From NCBI GenBank assembly GCA_951406725.2, contig OX597838.1, positions 18,166,001 through 18,230,000 on the forward strand: a DNA stretch of 64,000 bases, in the 5' to 3' direction. Under the pieces are notes generated by a model. It did no database searches. It saw only the letters and a list, made by a program, of their open reading frames with translations, and was not told the DNA's origin. Position numbers and translations under genes: made by a program. Below are positions 13,630 through 26,158 of the stretch, piece by piece (the stretch's first letter is position 1; the number at the start of each line of letters is the position of its first letter). Source of the DNA: Octopus vulgaris. Its lineage: Eukaryota.

Positions 13630-13742
13630 CATACTCTACTGTCATTTAAGAAAAGAGACCATATTGGATACTGTTGTCCTATCCTACATAAAGTGTGTCT
13701 TAGAAAACATAAGACAGGAAGTTCACGACTGGAATGTCTTTT

Positions 13743-14042
13743 GACGATGATGACGACGACGACGACAGCAATACCAATTGCATCATCACCACAGCTGCTG
13801 CCGCCGCCGCCACCACCACCACAACCACCACCATTACCACCACCACGACCACCACGACCACCGCTACCACCACCACCACCACGACCACCGCCACAACCAC
13901 CACAACCACCACCGCCGCCGCCACCACAACCACCACGACAACCACCACGACGACCACCACCACCACAACCACCACGACGACGACCACCACGACCACGATG
14001 ATGAAGACGACGACGACGACGACCACCACCACCACCACCACC

Positions 14043-14074
<32 letters not shown>

Positions 14075-14097
14075 CAACAACACTAACCACCGCCCAA
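13743..14097. repeat. Degenerate (ACC/ACG/GCC/AAC)n trinucleotide tract
   Basis: Direct reading; source of the poly-T/H/P/V pseudo-ORFs. Confidence 0.95.
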
Positions 14098-14344
14098 CCA
14101 ATAAGTGATGTTCAAAGACGCTTGCACTCGTTGACTTGCCTGATTACTCTGGGGTGTGGTGGTCAGAGAGACAGCAGTGTGATTGTTGTTTGTTGACCTC
14201 ATGCATCTTAGACCTGGCGCTCAGAATTATAAGTTTACATAACCGTCGACTGAATAACGAGTCCTCTCATTGATTACACTAATTAATGAACCAAAGGCGC
14301 CATTCCATCTTATCGTCTTTTCTACATGTGATATTTACAGCTTC

Positions 14345-14492
14345 GCGGCAATACGCCCGTCTTTACGTTCTGAGTTCAAATGCCGCCAAGGTCGACTTTA
14401 CCTTTTATCATTTCTGGGGCGATAAAATAAGTACCGGTTAAGCACTGGTGTTGATGAACTCGACTAGCCCCCTCCCCACACAATTTCAGGCC
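14345..14492 (+). mobile_element. SINE family B (diverged, partial)
   Basis: tacgttctgagttcaaat.ccgcc.aggtcgacttt...gataaaataagtacc. Confidence 0.75.
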
Positions 14493-14880
14493 TTTGTCAA
14501 ATTCTACAGATCTTCCAGGACGAGGTTTGTCTTCTAGAATGTAGGTTCCGGCTCGGAATTTCTGGAATCACAGTTGACACTGACGTACGTCTATTGTCCG
14601 ATCCCTATATACTGCATTAATATTCCTCGCACTTTCCGTTGTGTTGTTGCCTTTATTGAACTCATTTATTGTCCCTTACATTAGAGCTTGGAAAAATAAC
14701 TGCTCAAATCGAACTGCACTCTTCAGAACTTGCACTAAGAATAAGGACAGGCTAAAATTATTGCCTGCTTTTATAGCAAGTTGATGCAGGTAGTTTATCC
14801 CGTCCCCCTCCGACTTTTATTCCATGCAATTGAAAACACCGCATTAATGGGATGACCCAATGTGTGTGTATATATATATA

Positions 14881-15014
14881 TCATTACCATCATCATCATC
14901 ATCATCATCATCATTTAACGTCTGCTTTCCATGCTGGCATGGGTTAGACGGTTTGACTGAAACGGGTAAAGCGGAGAGCTGTACCAGGTTCCAGTCTGAT
15001 TTGGCTTGGTTTCT
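14881..15014 (-). mobile_element. Non-LTR retroposon 3' end (RTE-like) with (TGA)n tail
   Basis: Minus strand reads ...ccatgccagcatggaaagcagacgttaaa(tga)n: a short stem-loop followed by a trinucleotide tail. The clade is inferred. Confidence 0.5.
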
Positions 15015-15046
15015 ACATACATACATACATACATACATACATACAT

Positions 15047-15081
<35 letters not shown>

Positions 15082-15153
15082 TACATACATACATACATAC
15101 ATAGATACATACATACATACATACATACATACATCATACATACATACATACAT

Positions 15154-15184
<31 letters not shown>

Positions 15185-15503
15185 TACATACATACATACA
15201 TACATACATACATGCATACATATATACATACATACATACACACACACACACATACATACATACATACATGCATACATACATATATACATACATACATACA
15301 TACATACATGCATACATACATACATGCATACACACATACATACATACATCATACATACATACATACACACACACACATACATACATACATACATACATAC
15401 ATACATACATACATACATACATACATACATACACACACACATACATACATACATACATGCATACATACATACATGCATACATACATACAAATACACACAT
15501 ACA
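15014..15503. repeat. (TACA)n/(CA)n microsatellite
   Basis: Direct reading; similar blocks at 25357-25650, 30657-30972 and 31320-31794. Confidence 0.97.
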
Positions 15504-16073
15504 AACACTGCAGAAAAAGTACGAATGTCTTCAGAATACGGAGTCACTACTGCGTATATGGGTCCGGGAACAGGGGGTACACGGGGTGCAACCGTACCCC
15601 CTAAGATTTTTGTTGGGTGCAAAATCAAAGTTTGCACCCCTACTTACTTTTCTCAGGTTTAGAAGACATTGAACAAAAAGTGATCCTTAAATAGCTTGAA
15701 TTTGGTTTCTTCTCAAAGACGACCGCTCGGTTCAAAGACTCTCTTGACCAGAAATGGCCTGAACTCTTTGCATGAACACCCTCCCTGTACATAACTCCAT
15801 GTCACCCTACATGGCCTTGCTTTTGCTTTTTGACACCCAAAAATTAACCTTAACTTTAACTTTAACAAAGAATATAAATAAATAAATAAAACATTACCTT
15901 ATTTGTAAAAATTTGGGGGGGCTGAGTTTGCACCTACTTTAGCAAATTTCGAACCAGTTACCGCTTAGTGTAATCTGTTAATACTTCTGTCAACTGAACA
16001 AATGGAAAAGTCATCGTCGAAATTGGCTGAAGATCCATCGATTCGACTCGAGTGAGTGTATGTGTACGTATGT

Positions 16074-16113
<40 letters not shown>

Positions 16114-16380
16114 GTTTGTATCTACTCTCGTGTGCGTGTGACTTTTGCGAGCTTATGTGTGTGCATGTGTAGATGCTCGTATGCAATGCCTTTGTGTCTA
16201 TCTGGAGGATTTTGTGTCTGTATTTGTTTGAAGATGTATAGGCTTTTGTCTGCCTGTATGAGTGACTATGTGTGTATGTGTGTGCGTGTGTGTATATGTC
16301 TATTTATCATTTGCGTGTGTGTACTTTTGGATGTTTATGTATTTATGTGTATATAGTGCGTGTATGCGTGTGCAACTCTT

Positions 16381-16421
<41 letters not shown>

Positions 16422-16454
16422 TTATATATATATGTGTGTGTGCTTGTGTGTATG

Positions 16455-16553
<99 letters not shown>

Positions 16554-16803
16554 CTCTGTAAACGTTTGTTTGTGCTGACTTCACAGCTCGGTAATTTCCG
16601 TATTTGCTGACGTCGAAACCCGAGACTTGCATGTCACTATCATCTGTTTGATATCGTATCACCAATGTTTCCATGATACCTGATATGACTCTGCTATTTA
16701 TGGCACAATAGGTCTTCGTATTCTAATACACAAACGTACATACACACACGCACACACCCACACACACAGACGCACACACACATATGTATGTTTAAATATA
16801 TAA

Positions 16804-16890
<87 letters not shown>

Positions 16891-17176
16891 TACATATATA
16901 TATATGTATATACATGTGGGTATGTAAATATATACATATGAATATACATGTGTGTGTATATATATATACACACATACACACACACATGAATATATATGTA
17001 TATCCATATATGTCCATGTATTTATATTTATATATATATATATGTATATACGCGCACTCGCACATACACACACACGCTGAGGTAAGCTAACACAAACGAA
17101 TATGTGCGTGTTTCAGGTATGTGTATATATCTGTGTATGAGTGTGTACGTTTGTGCATATGTGTGTCTGTACGTGC

Positions 17177-17216
<40 letters not shown>

Positions 17217-17352
17217 GTTTATGCTTATGTGTGTGTGCGTATGTTTGTGTGTATATGTGTACACTCATATGTATATGTATCTGCCTGCTTTTGTTTGTGG
17301 ATGAGCCTGAGTTTGTATGTGTGCAAATATGATTGTGCTTGAGTTTGTTTGA

Positions 17353-17391
<39 letters not shown>

Positions 17392-17544
17392 CGTGTGTGA
17401 ATCTTTTACATTAGATCGCACATGAGATCGCTTACTTCTATCTGGAAGCAAGCCGTGTTGAAATCGCGAGGTCTGTCATATTGGACTGTCATATTTGGAG
17501 TGGCTGAAACGGAAGAGAAGCTAATTAATAATTTTTTTTTCTAC

Positions 17545-17670
17545 ATTAGGCACAAGGCCCGAAATTGTGGGGGAGGGGGCAGTCGATAAGATCGACCTCA
17601 GTACGCAACTGGTACTTAATTTATCGACCCTAAAAGGATGAAAAGCAAAATCGACCACGGCGGAATTTGG
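17545..17670 (-). mobile_element. SINE family B, alternative tail (ctaggcacaaggcccgaaattt..ggggaggg), partial
   Basis: Same body as 18049-18279 but tail shared with 60525-60700 and 63190-63403. Confidence 0.78.
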
Positions 17671-18048
17671 AAGTTAATTATTAATGATTGAACGAAAGAC
17701 AGTTTATTTCAATGTTCTGAGTTCAATTCCTGCACAAACCAGAACTTCTTTTATCTTTCCGAATAAACCAATAACTAAATTCTAAGTACCAGGGGTTGTC
17801 GATTTAACTGATCTTACCATATACGAGGTCTGATCAATAAGTATCCGGACTGTTGGTATAGTAACGAAGCTAAAGCACGCAGAGTGAAGCCACTTGAGAA
17901 AAATTGACCCTGAGCTCTGCTGTGCATGCGTATTAAGTTTTAACGTTTCGGCTCACTTTCCGCTGTTTACAGCAATGCTTTGTAGGAAGGTGTGTAGCAT
18001 GTGGTCATCCCATTGACCATGACAGAGACAGTTGACATGGTGATACCT

Positions 18049-18279
18049 ATTTCTTTGCTACCCACAAGGGGCTAAACACAGAGGAGACAAACAAGAACAG
18101 ACAAACGGATTAAGTCGATTATATCGCCCCCAGTGCGTAACTGGTACTTATTTAATCGACCCCGAAAGGATGAAAGGCAAAGTCGACCTCGGCGGATTCT
18201 GAACTCAGAACGTAGCGGCAGACGAAATACGGCTACGCATTTCGCCCGGCGTGCTAACTATTCTGCCAGCTCGCCACCT
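18049..18279 (-). mobile_element. SINE family B, full length, 17-bp TSD
   Basis: ttgacatggtgatacct at 18032-18048 and 18280-18296; tRNA-like head with B-box gagttcagaatcc. Confidence 0.92.
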
Positions 18280-18296
18280 TTGACATGGTGATACCT

Positions 18297-18526
18297 GGCG
18301 GCGAGCTGGCTGAACCGTTAGCACGCCGGGCGAAATGCGTAGCCGTATTTCGTCTGCCGCTACGTTCTGAGTTCAAAATCCGCCGAGGTTGACTTTGCCT
18401 TTAATCCTTTCGGGGTCGATTAAATAAGTACCAGTTACGCACTTGGTCGATGTAATCGACTTAATCCATTTGTCTGTCCTTGTTTGTCCTCTCTGTGTTT
18501 AGCCCCTTGTGGGTAGTAAAGAAACA
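18297..18526 (+). mobile_element. SINE family B, full length, 7-bp TSD
   Basis: gatacct at 18290-18296 and 18527-18533; inverted relative to the adjacent copy. Confidence 0.92.
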
Positions 18527-19404
18527 GATACCTGCTCAGAGGCCTACGCAAAGTTGCAGAAAGTGTATGGAGAGGAGTGTATGAGCCGCACACAAGTGTA
18601 TGAGTGGTTCAGAAGTTTTCAAGATGGCTGAAAAAATGTCGATATTGACGAACGTTCTGCAAAACCTGAAACCAACAGAACTGAGAAAAACATTGCTGAT
18701 GTGCGTGCAGCTGTGAGGGGAAATCGTCGAATCACCGTCCGTGAGTTATCAGAGAATGTACAGATTAGTTACGGTTCAGTTCAGTCCAATATCACTGAAG
18801 ATTTGGGCATGAGACGCGTGTCTGTCAAAACTGCTTTCAGCTGACCAAAAAGACACTCGGGTTTCAGTTGCACAAAATCTTGATTGTGTCGAGAACAATG
18901 AGGACTTTTTGAAAACTTTGCGTAGGCCTCTGAGCAGGTATCGCCAAGCTTTTGGCAAATTTTGATGCAGATTCTCTGCTCAACTTTCTCTGTCATGGTC
19001 ACTGCGACGATCAAACTGTACACACCTTCCATCCAAACACTGCTGTAACTAGCGGAAGTAAACTAGAACGTTAAAACTTAGTGCGCATACGTAACAGAGT
19101 CCAAGGTCAATCTGTGCCGAGCGGCTTTGTTCTGGGTGCTTTAGCTTCGTTACTATGGCAACAGTCCGGAAACTTATTGATCAGACCACATATGTATGTA
19201 TGTATATATATATATATATATATATAGGTTGGCTACCAGGCGTCATCCGCGGTACTGCACTTTAGTCCCAGGATCTACGTAAGAAACTCCTCGGTGTATG
19301 TTTGGCATATCTTAATTAAATGATAGGGAAGCGCGATCGTCGTGCTAAATAAAACTATCTGTTCTCCATCAATTATGTTATACATACATACATACATACA
19401 TACA

Positions 19405-19440
<36 letters not shown>

Positions 19441-19447
19441 TATATAC

Positions 19448-19646
19448 GTTATTTAAAAGCAGCAGAAATTCAACAAATTTCACGTTCTGCAATGTTTTTC
19501 TCAGTTCTGTCCGACGAACGGGAACGTGAAACTCCGAGTAACAGGTTTTGTTGAATTTCTGCTGCTTTTAAATAAAGCATATTACTCTACCCCTGGTATT
19601 TGAGTATTCTTTTTTCCACCTTGTTTCACATTTATGCGTTTACTCC

Positions 19647-19648
<2 letters not shown>
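19448..19648 (+). mobile_element. Short Penelope-like element, family H, with inverted partial copy at its 5' side
   Basis: Perfect 29-bp inverted repeat 19449-19477 / 19547-19575; homologous to 55298-55440; flanked by (TA)n. Confidence 0.62.
19507..19544 (+). ncRNA. Minimal type-I hammerhead-ribozyme-like motif (CCGACGA core variant)
   Basis: Stem I ctgt/acag; core CCGACGA; stem II acg-GGAA-cgt; GAAAC-tccga-GTA. Confidence 0.6.
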
Positions 19649-19688
<40 letters not shown>

Positions 19689-19804
19689 AGTAGGTGAATG
19701 AATTATCCTATGTTTATCGTCAGCATGGAAAATTATGCTGTTTTCGAAACATGTGTCGAGAGTAAAGGAATTTTGTTAACATCTTCGTTCGACTCCATTC
19801 TTTC

Positions 19805-19849
<45 letters not shown>

Positions 19850-19895
19850 AGGGCGGATGCTACTGTAGGAAAACACCTACATATATATACATATA

Positions 19896-20060
19896 TACGA
19901 CGGGCTTCTTACAGTTTCCGTCTACCAAATCCACTCACAAGGCTTTAGTCGGCCCGAGGCTATAGTAGAAGACACTTTCCCAACGTGCTACGCAGTGGGA
20001 CTGAACCCGGAACCATGTGGCTGGTAAGCAAGCTACTTACCACACAGCCACTCCAACGCC
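19896..20060 (-). mobile_element. SINE family A, 5' half
   Basis: Match to head and core only. Confidence 0.85.
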
Positions 20061-20095
<35 letters not shown>

Positions 20096-21158
20096 TATAT
20101 GTGAATATTTGTACAAATATGCATAAGTATAGATGCGTGTGGGAGTGTGTGTGTATGTGTGTATGTGTGCGGTGCATGGATTTATATGCGTACGCTGAGT
20201 ATCGACACGAGTTAAAGGTCACACTTCAAAATTTAACCGGGCACTCACGGTATTGTAGTTCGGTTGTATTCAAGACAATTGTCAGTTGGTTGTACGCCTG
20301 GCGAATGCTTTACGCAAGTATGACGTAAATTCACAGAACCATTTGTAACATATGCTGGCATTTGCATTATAATTAACACTACCAAACTGATGCTAAGTGC
20401 TCTTCTCTCTTCTATATGGTAACCGAGCCTATGGGCTATCTGTGTGTGTGTGTGTGTTTGTACGTGTGTGTGAGTGTATGTGTATCAATGTTCTTCTTTG
20501 TGTGTGTATAAGTGCATGTTCATTGTTTAAATGTGTTAGATTGTTTGCTGATGTGTTTGTCAATCGATGCAATGTGTGTGTGTGTGTATGTGCGTGTGTG
20601 TGTGTGGTCTTTTTAATGTAAGGACTGTAGGAAAATATGAGGTAGGTGGTGTGTGTAAGTGTCTGTGAAGTGGAGAAAGGGTGGGGGTTAAATGAAAAGA
20701 CGATGAGAATTAAAACCGTTGGGTCCGATGTTTGGACAGACAACGGACCCAACGGTCTTAATTTCTGTTCCGGGCAGATACGGGAGTAAGGGCGGTCTCC
20801 CTCCGAACGCAGACAGATGTTGAAGAGAATGTCAAGGACAGCGGAAGTGATACAAAACCGGTGTGTTATGCTCGAGTCTTATAACGGTCAGTCAGGCGTC
20901 TCCTTCGTAAATCTCAGCATTTTGAGATTAGTCTTCAATCTTCAATCTTCAATCTTCAATACATCTTTCAATGTCTTCCTGAATCTCCCTCTTCCACAAC
21001 TCCCCTCCTCTTTAAGTGATCGGCACTTATATACGAGGGTGATGATGAAGCTTATATATACACATGAAAGGAATTAAAGCTTGATAGTCACAAAGTAACC
21101 ATAACAGCTCAGTAACCACCGTAACCACAGCAACGCAGAAGAACTATTCGTCCTAATA

Positions 21159-21706
21159 CGAGGGTGAGTCAAAATGTAATGCCATTTTGTTTAGGACAGG
21201 TATAATCACCAACACAGGAACATGTATCATACATCAAAATGAGCTGGTCCTCTGTGGATCATATCCTTACTTCTAAACATAATCACAGTTTCTCTCAATA
21301 GCAATGTTCCACCTTCGGATGAGAGCATGTATCCCTGTCCCGTAAAATTCTGATGACTGTTCTTTGAGCCACTTCTTCACTACTGTTTTCAAACCCTTGT
21401 CACTGGACTATCATCTCTTCGGCGCCACGAAAGAGGATTTGAGAGGCAAACATTATTCCAGTGACAAGGAAGTGAAAACTGTAGTGAAGAAGTGGCTCAA
21501 AGAACAGTCAACTGAATTTTACGGGGCAGGGATACATGCTCTCATTCGAAGGTGAAACATTGCTATTGAGAGAAACGGTGACTATGTTGAGAAGTAGGGA
21601 TGTGATCCACAGAGGACCAGCTTCATTTCGATGTATGATACATGTTTCTGTGTTGGTAATTATACCTGTCCTAATCAAAATGGCATTACTCTTTGACTCA
21701 CCCTCA
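21159..21706. mobile_element. Mariner-derived fold-back MITE made of two 3' ends
   Basis: TIR cgagggtgagtcaaaa / tttgactcaccctca with TA flanks; arms of about 250 bp are reverse complements around a ~50-bp loop; encodes DYHLFGATKEDLRGKHYSSDKEVKTVVKKWLKEQSTEFY...NGDYVEK (mariner C-terminus). Confidence 0.9.
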
Positions 21707-21778
21707 TACTACAACCGACTTATGACCAATCATAAACTAGAGATAGAATGTTCAAGACGACTGTGCGTGTGCGGTCGG

Positions 21779-21815
<37 letters not shown>

Positions 21816-22393
21816 TGTGTGCGTGTGCGTGTATGCGTGTGTGTGTGTGTGCGTGTTTCTTCAAATGTCTGGCCAATACGTCGCTAGATTTCATGTGCTC
21901 GAGAGTACAATGGTACAATGAACAACCTTAGTTCAAGTTGTCGGGACACTCCGCTCTACACACGCGCGGATTCGATCTCACAACTCGACACCTTCGGACA
22001 TGATATGGCAGAGTATCGATCGATCCTCAACGAAGTGCACCAGTCCTTCAATCTCGGACAGTGGTCAATATATCATCAATAAGACACAGAATAGACGGTG
22101 TGGGGGAATGGCTTGAAAAGACTCAAATTACGGATGTTGTATGGACAGTATCGATTACATGTGTGTATGGTTGTGTGTGTGTGTGAGTGTATGTCGTGTG
22201 TGTGTGTCTTGTGTGTAGTATGCGTGTGTGTGTTTAGTGTTGGGAGACTAGATTTCATGCATGTGTGTATATGCGCTTGTGCATTCACATACGTATATAA
22301 CTATACACATAGACACAAGCACATACACACAAGCACATGCACGTATATCTGAGTTTATATATCTGCAATATGCCTGTGTGTAGATATATACAC

Positions 22394-22456
<63 letters not shown>

Positions 22457-22769
22457 TATGCATACATACATACACACATGCATACACGCACCGTATACAC
22501 ACACACAAACACACACACACACACACACACATACACACACACATATATATACTCTGTGTGTGTATGTATGTATGTATGTATGTATGTATGTATGTACGTG
22601 TGTGTGGCTAGTGAAAGTTTACACAAAGTTGTATTTTTGGTAAGACGTCTATGTTGGAACACACACATGCATCACGTAGAAGCTTATATGGTACTCTACT
22701 GTACTCTACTCGACAGTACTCTATTGTACTTTAGTCTGTTGTGTACAACATTATGATACAAAATAAATA

Positions 22770-23021
22770 AATGGGCCCTTTTTTAAAGCCTAGGCAGGCT
22801 CATGGGCCCGGTTTCCCAGTTTCAATGGCGTATGTGTTCCCCAACTGGATGGGACGCCAGTCCATCGCAGCGATACTCATTTTTACCAGCTGAGTAGACT
22901 GGAGCAACGTGAAATGAGGTGTTTTGCTCAAGAACACAACGCGTCGCCCGGTCCAGGAATCGAAACCACAATCTTACGATCATGATGCTGACACCCTAAC
23001 CACTAAGCCACGCGCCTCCAC
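22770..23021 (-). mobile_element. tRNA-derived SINE: head + middle module Y + tail T2
   Basis: Minus strand: ggaggcgcgtggcttagtggttagg...ggtttcgattcc, then cttgagcaaaacacc..ttcacgttgctccagtctactcagctgg, then gcgatggactggcgtccc...gggcccatgagcc. Confidence 0.85.
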
Positions 23022-23097
23022 AATGTACAACATTATACTGCATTTTTTTTCATACAATGCTATACTGGGCTGTAATGTGTTACCCTGCCATGCACTG

Positions 23098-23280
23098 AAA
23101 TGCATTACCGGCGCTCTCGGCCCTCGGGCCATATCCCTGCTCACCGCTACCAGAACGAAGATGGTTATCCGCAAGTGGGAGCCCAACAAACCAGAGCGAC
23201 TATTCCTGGGCATCTCCCTCGCCATCCTCCGGGGCAACGCCTTTCACATTTTGTCAGTTTGGGACTATGATGTCGTCTGA
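23098..23280 (+). pseudogene. C-terminal fragment of an RLE-type (CRE-clade-like) non-LTR retrotransposon ORF
   Basis: TGALGPRAISLL...RLFLGISLAILRGNAFHIL resembles the G(A/S)(W/L)GP...QRLSIAIQRGNA terminal motif of these elements, as recalled. Confidence 0.55.
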
Positions 23281-23514
23281 ATTACAGGAAATTGTACGTT
23301 CCACTGCTTAATGTAAAATCAAATCATATGAACGGCCCAAATCATGTGAATGGCCCATCTAACACAAATACAAGATAAATCGACTGGCAGCACATATTCA
23401 AGCTCCCCCAGGAATCTGAAAAAAGCAATACAATATACAATAATGCCTCACTATACGAGTTAATTTGTTCCCAGAGACCACTCGTAAAACAGAGCAACAA
23501 TTTCCCATAGTAGC

Positions 23515-24310
23515 AATGCTGTACTTTATTATACTGTATCGTATACAGCTATATTTTATTGTGCGATATATCATGCTGTCATGTATGTTCCCCACCGTTC
23601 TGTACTGTATCGTATTGTACTGCATTCCACTGTACTTTGCTGTACTTTATTGTACTGTATTCCACTGTACTTTGCTGTACTTCATTGTACAGCACTGTAT
23701 ACAGCTATATTTTATTGTACTGTATTATCATATATTATGCTTGATGTATGTTCCCCACCGTTCTGTATTGCGTGATATTGCACCGTATTCCACTGTAATT
23801 TGCTGTACTTTATTGTACAGCACTGTATACAGCTATATTTTATTGTACTGTATTATCATATATTATGCTTGATGTATGTTCCCCACCGTTCTGTATTGCG
23901 TGATATTGCACCGTATTCCACTGTACTTTGCTGTACTTTATTGTACTATACCGTATACAGCTGCATTTTATTATACTATATTGTCCTATACTATACTATG
24001 TTGTACTGTATTCTACACTAGTGTATTTTACTGTATCAATCTGTACTATACTGTAATATTGTAATATTTTTCACTGTACTACACAATACTGAATCGTACT
24101 CTTCTATTTTACTCCATTTTGCCGTACTGCATCATACTACATCATACTGCTTTTTCCTATACTCTATTTTATCCCACCGTACTCTACTGCATTGCACTGT
24201 ACTCTGCTCTATGGTTATTTTACTGCAATATACCCCAGTGCACTCTGTTATTTTGCATTGCACTCTACTGCATTGTATAGCACTACAATATTTCACATTA
24301 TTGTACAGTT
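23515..24310. repeat. Degenerate (TACTG)-based satellite with 128-163-bp higher-order duplications
   Basis: atgtatgttccccaccgttctgta recurs at 23581, 23744 and 23872. Confidence 0.85.
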
Positions 24311-25017
24311 CAATATTATAATGAGGCAAGGGAGGAGAATGACATTGAAGTGAAAGATACTGAGCTATATACTAATTTCATAACTGTTCGGATGATTCCT
24401 GGCAATATTCATCAAATACAAAATGGCGTCTGCGAATATATTTCCAATATGACGGGTAATTGAATCAACTGTTTTCATTTTCATGAAGGATTATTGATTT
24501 ACACATTTGTATATATTTGTTTTTTGAATAATTTTAAAAGTACAAACACCTAAAAGACATAGAGGTAAGGATAGAGACAAAGAAATATAGAGGTTGAGAG
24601 AGAGAGAGAGAGAATGAGAGAAAAATGGAGATAGAGAAGAGAAAAATGTACTGAAGGCTACGGCGGTAAAGAAAGAAAAATAAAATACGGAGATAGCGAT
24701 AAAGAGATAAATAGATATAAACAAATTTAAGATACACGAAACCAAAAGACTAAATAGATTGTTTGGCACCATGTGCAGTTTTGGTAAACATATCGACCTA
24801 CTAACTATATAGGTTCTAAATAGTTTGCAGGTCTGTTTTATACAGCGTTCACACTAATTGATATTTCAGTGGAGATGTAGAAATAGGGGAGACAACTGTG
24901 TTAATATATGTTGATATATGCATAAAGCAATCCTATTACCATATATGGGAAGTAGACACTGAATTTGATTGTATAGATGGCTGGGTTTTTTTTTTGCTTG
25001 ATTTTTTTTTTCTTTTG

Positions 25018-25054
<37 letters not shown>

Positions 25055-25160
25055 TTTTGAAATGCATATTTTATTTAGCATCACGTTATTTCCTCGTCTT
25101 TTGGAAGGACGTTGATGCAAAACTTTTATTTCAAAGGGATTTTACACTCACATACACAAG

Positions 25161-25216
<56 letters not shown>

Positions 25217-25563
25217 CATACTTACACATACATGCTTACACATACATGTATTCATATACATAGACATACGCATATACAAACATATTATCATAAGTATTTG
25301 AAATTAAGACTTTGCATAAGCTTCTTCCAGAAGACGAGTAAAGGATGTGGCGATATATACATGTATGTATGTATGTATGTATGTATGTATGTATGTATGT
25401 ATGTATGTATGTATGTATGTATCTATATGTATGTATGTATTTATGTATGCATGTATGTATTTATGTATGTATGTATTTATATATTTATATGTATGTATGT
25501 ATGTATATATTTATATGTATGTATGTATATATTTAAATGTATGTATGTATGTATGTATATATT

Positions 25564-25595
<32 letters not shown>

Positions 25596-26158
25596 TGTAT
25601 GTATGTATGTATGGTTGTATGTATGTATGTATTTATGTATGTATGTGTGTGTATACACATACATACAGACAAACGCATACACACATATATATTTTGCATG
25701 TACGAAGTCACAGTATGATCAAATGATTAAGAAGTACATCCCACAATTATGACGTGCCGGTTTCGATTCCGCAGTGCACTGGGAAACATTTATTTTCTAT
25801 AGCATCGGGTCGACTAAAACTTTGGAAGTGAAATTGGGTAGGCGGAAACTGTAAAGAAGCCTGTTGGATTAATAATAGTGACAGTGTCATGTCTCATTGA
25901 AAGTAGTGTCTTACAATCATTTTTAGACAGATGCTGTTGATGTGAGTTACGTTGTCTACAATGGTATCGTACAAACGATATTTTCTGTCAGAACTTTATA
26001 GAAATCCTTATTTTTCTTGTTGATCAGGTATTTAGTAGCTATCATCTTTTCTTGGATAGCAAAGGCGTTGTCTTTTTAGGTGAGATGTGATATATTTATT
26101 GCAGATCCAGGGAAGGCTATAACTTCTACCAATGTATATCCTAGCTTGTAGGATATGT

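Larger units (their letters stand above)
17824..19190. mobile_element. Mariner-derived fold-back element made of two 5' ends, with transposase N-terminal pseudogene
   Basis: TIRs cgaggtctgatcaataagtatccggactgttg / caacagtccggaaacttattgatcagaccaca with TA flanks. The + arm encodes DTCSEAYAKLQKVYGEECMSRTQVYEWFRSFQDG*...RRITVRELSE...ISYGSVQSNITEDLGMRRVS (mariner HTH region); the - arm repeats MTEKVEQRICIK..QKLGDTCSEAYAK. Confidence 0.88.

Noticed and set aside
13339-14108. Long Pro/His/Thr/Gly-rich ORFs
   Set aside because: Translations of a SINE plus a trinucleotide tract, open in several frames on both strands.
14844-15672. ORFs of MYVC/HTYI/IYIY type here and throughout (including the 351-aa ORF at 38048-39103)
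   Set aside because: Stop-free microsatellite translations.
15560-15966. Possible hAT-like MITE with tttgcacc subterminal motifs
   Set aside because: Could not identify matching TIRs or a TSD.
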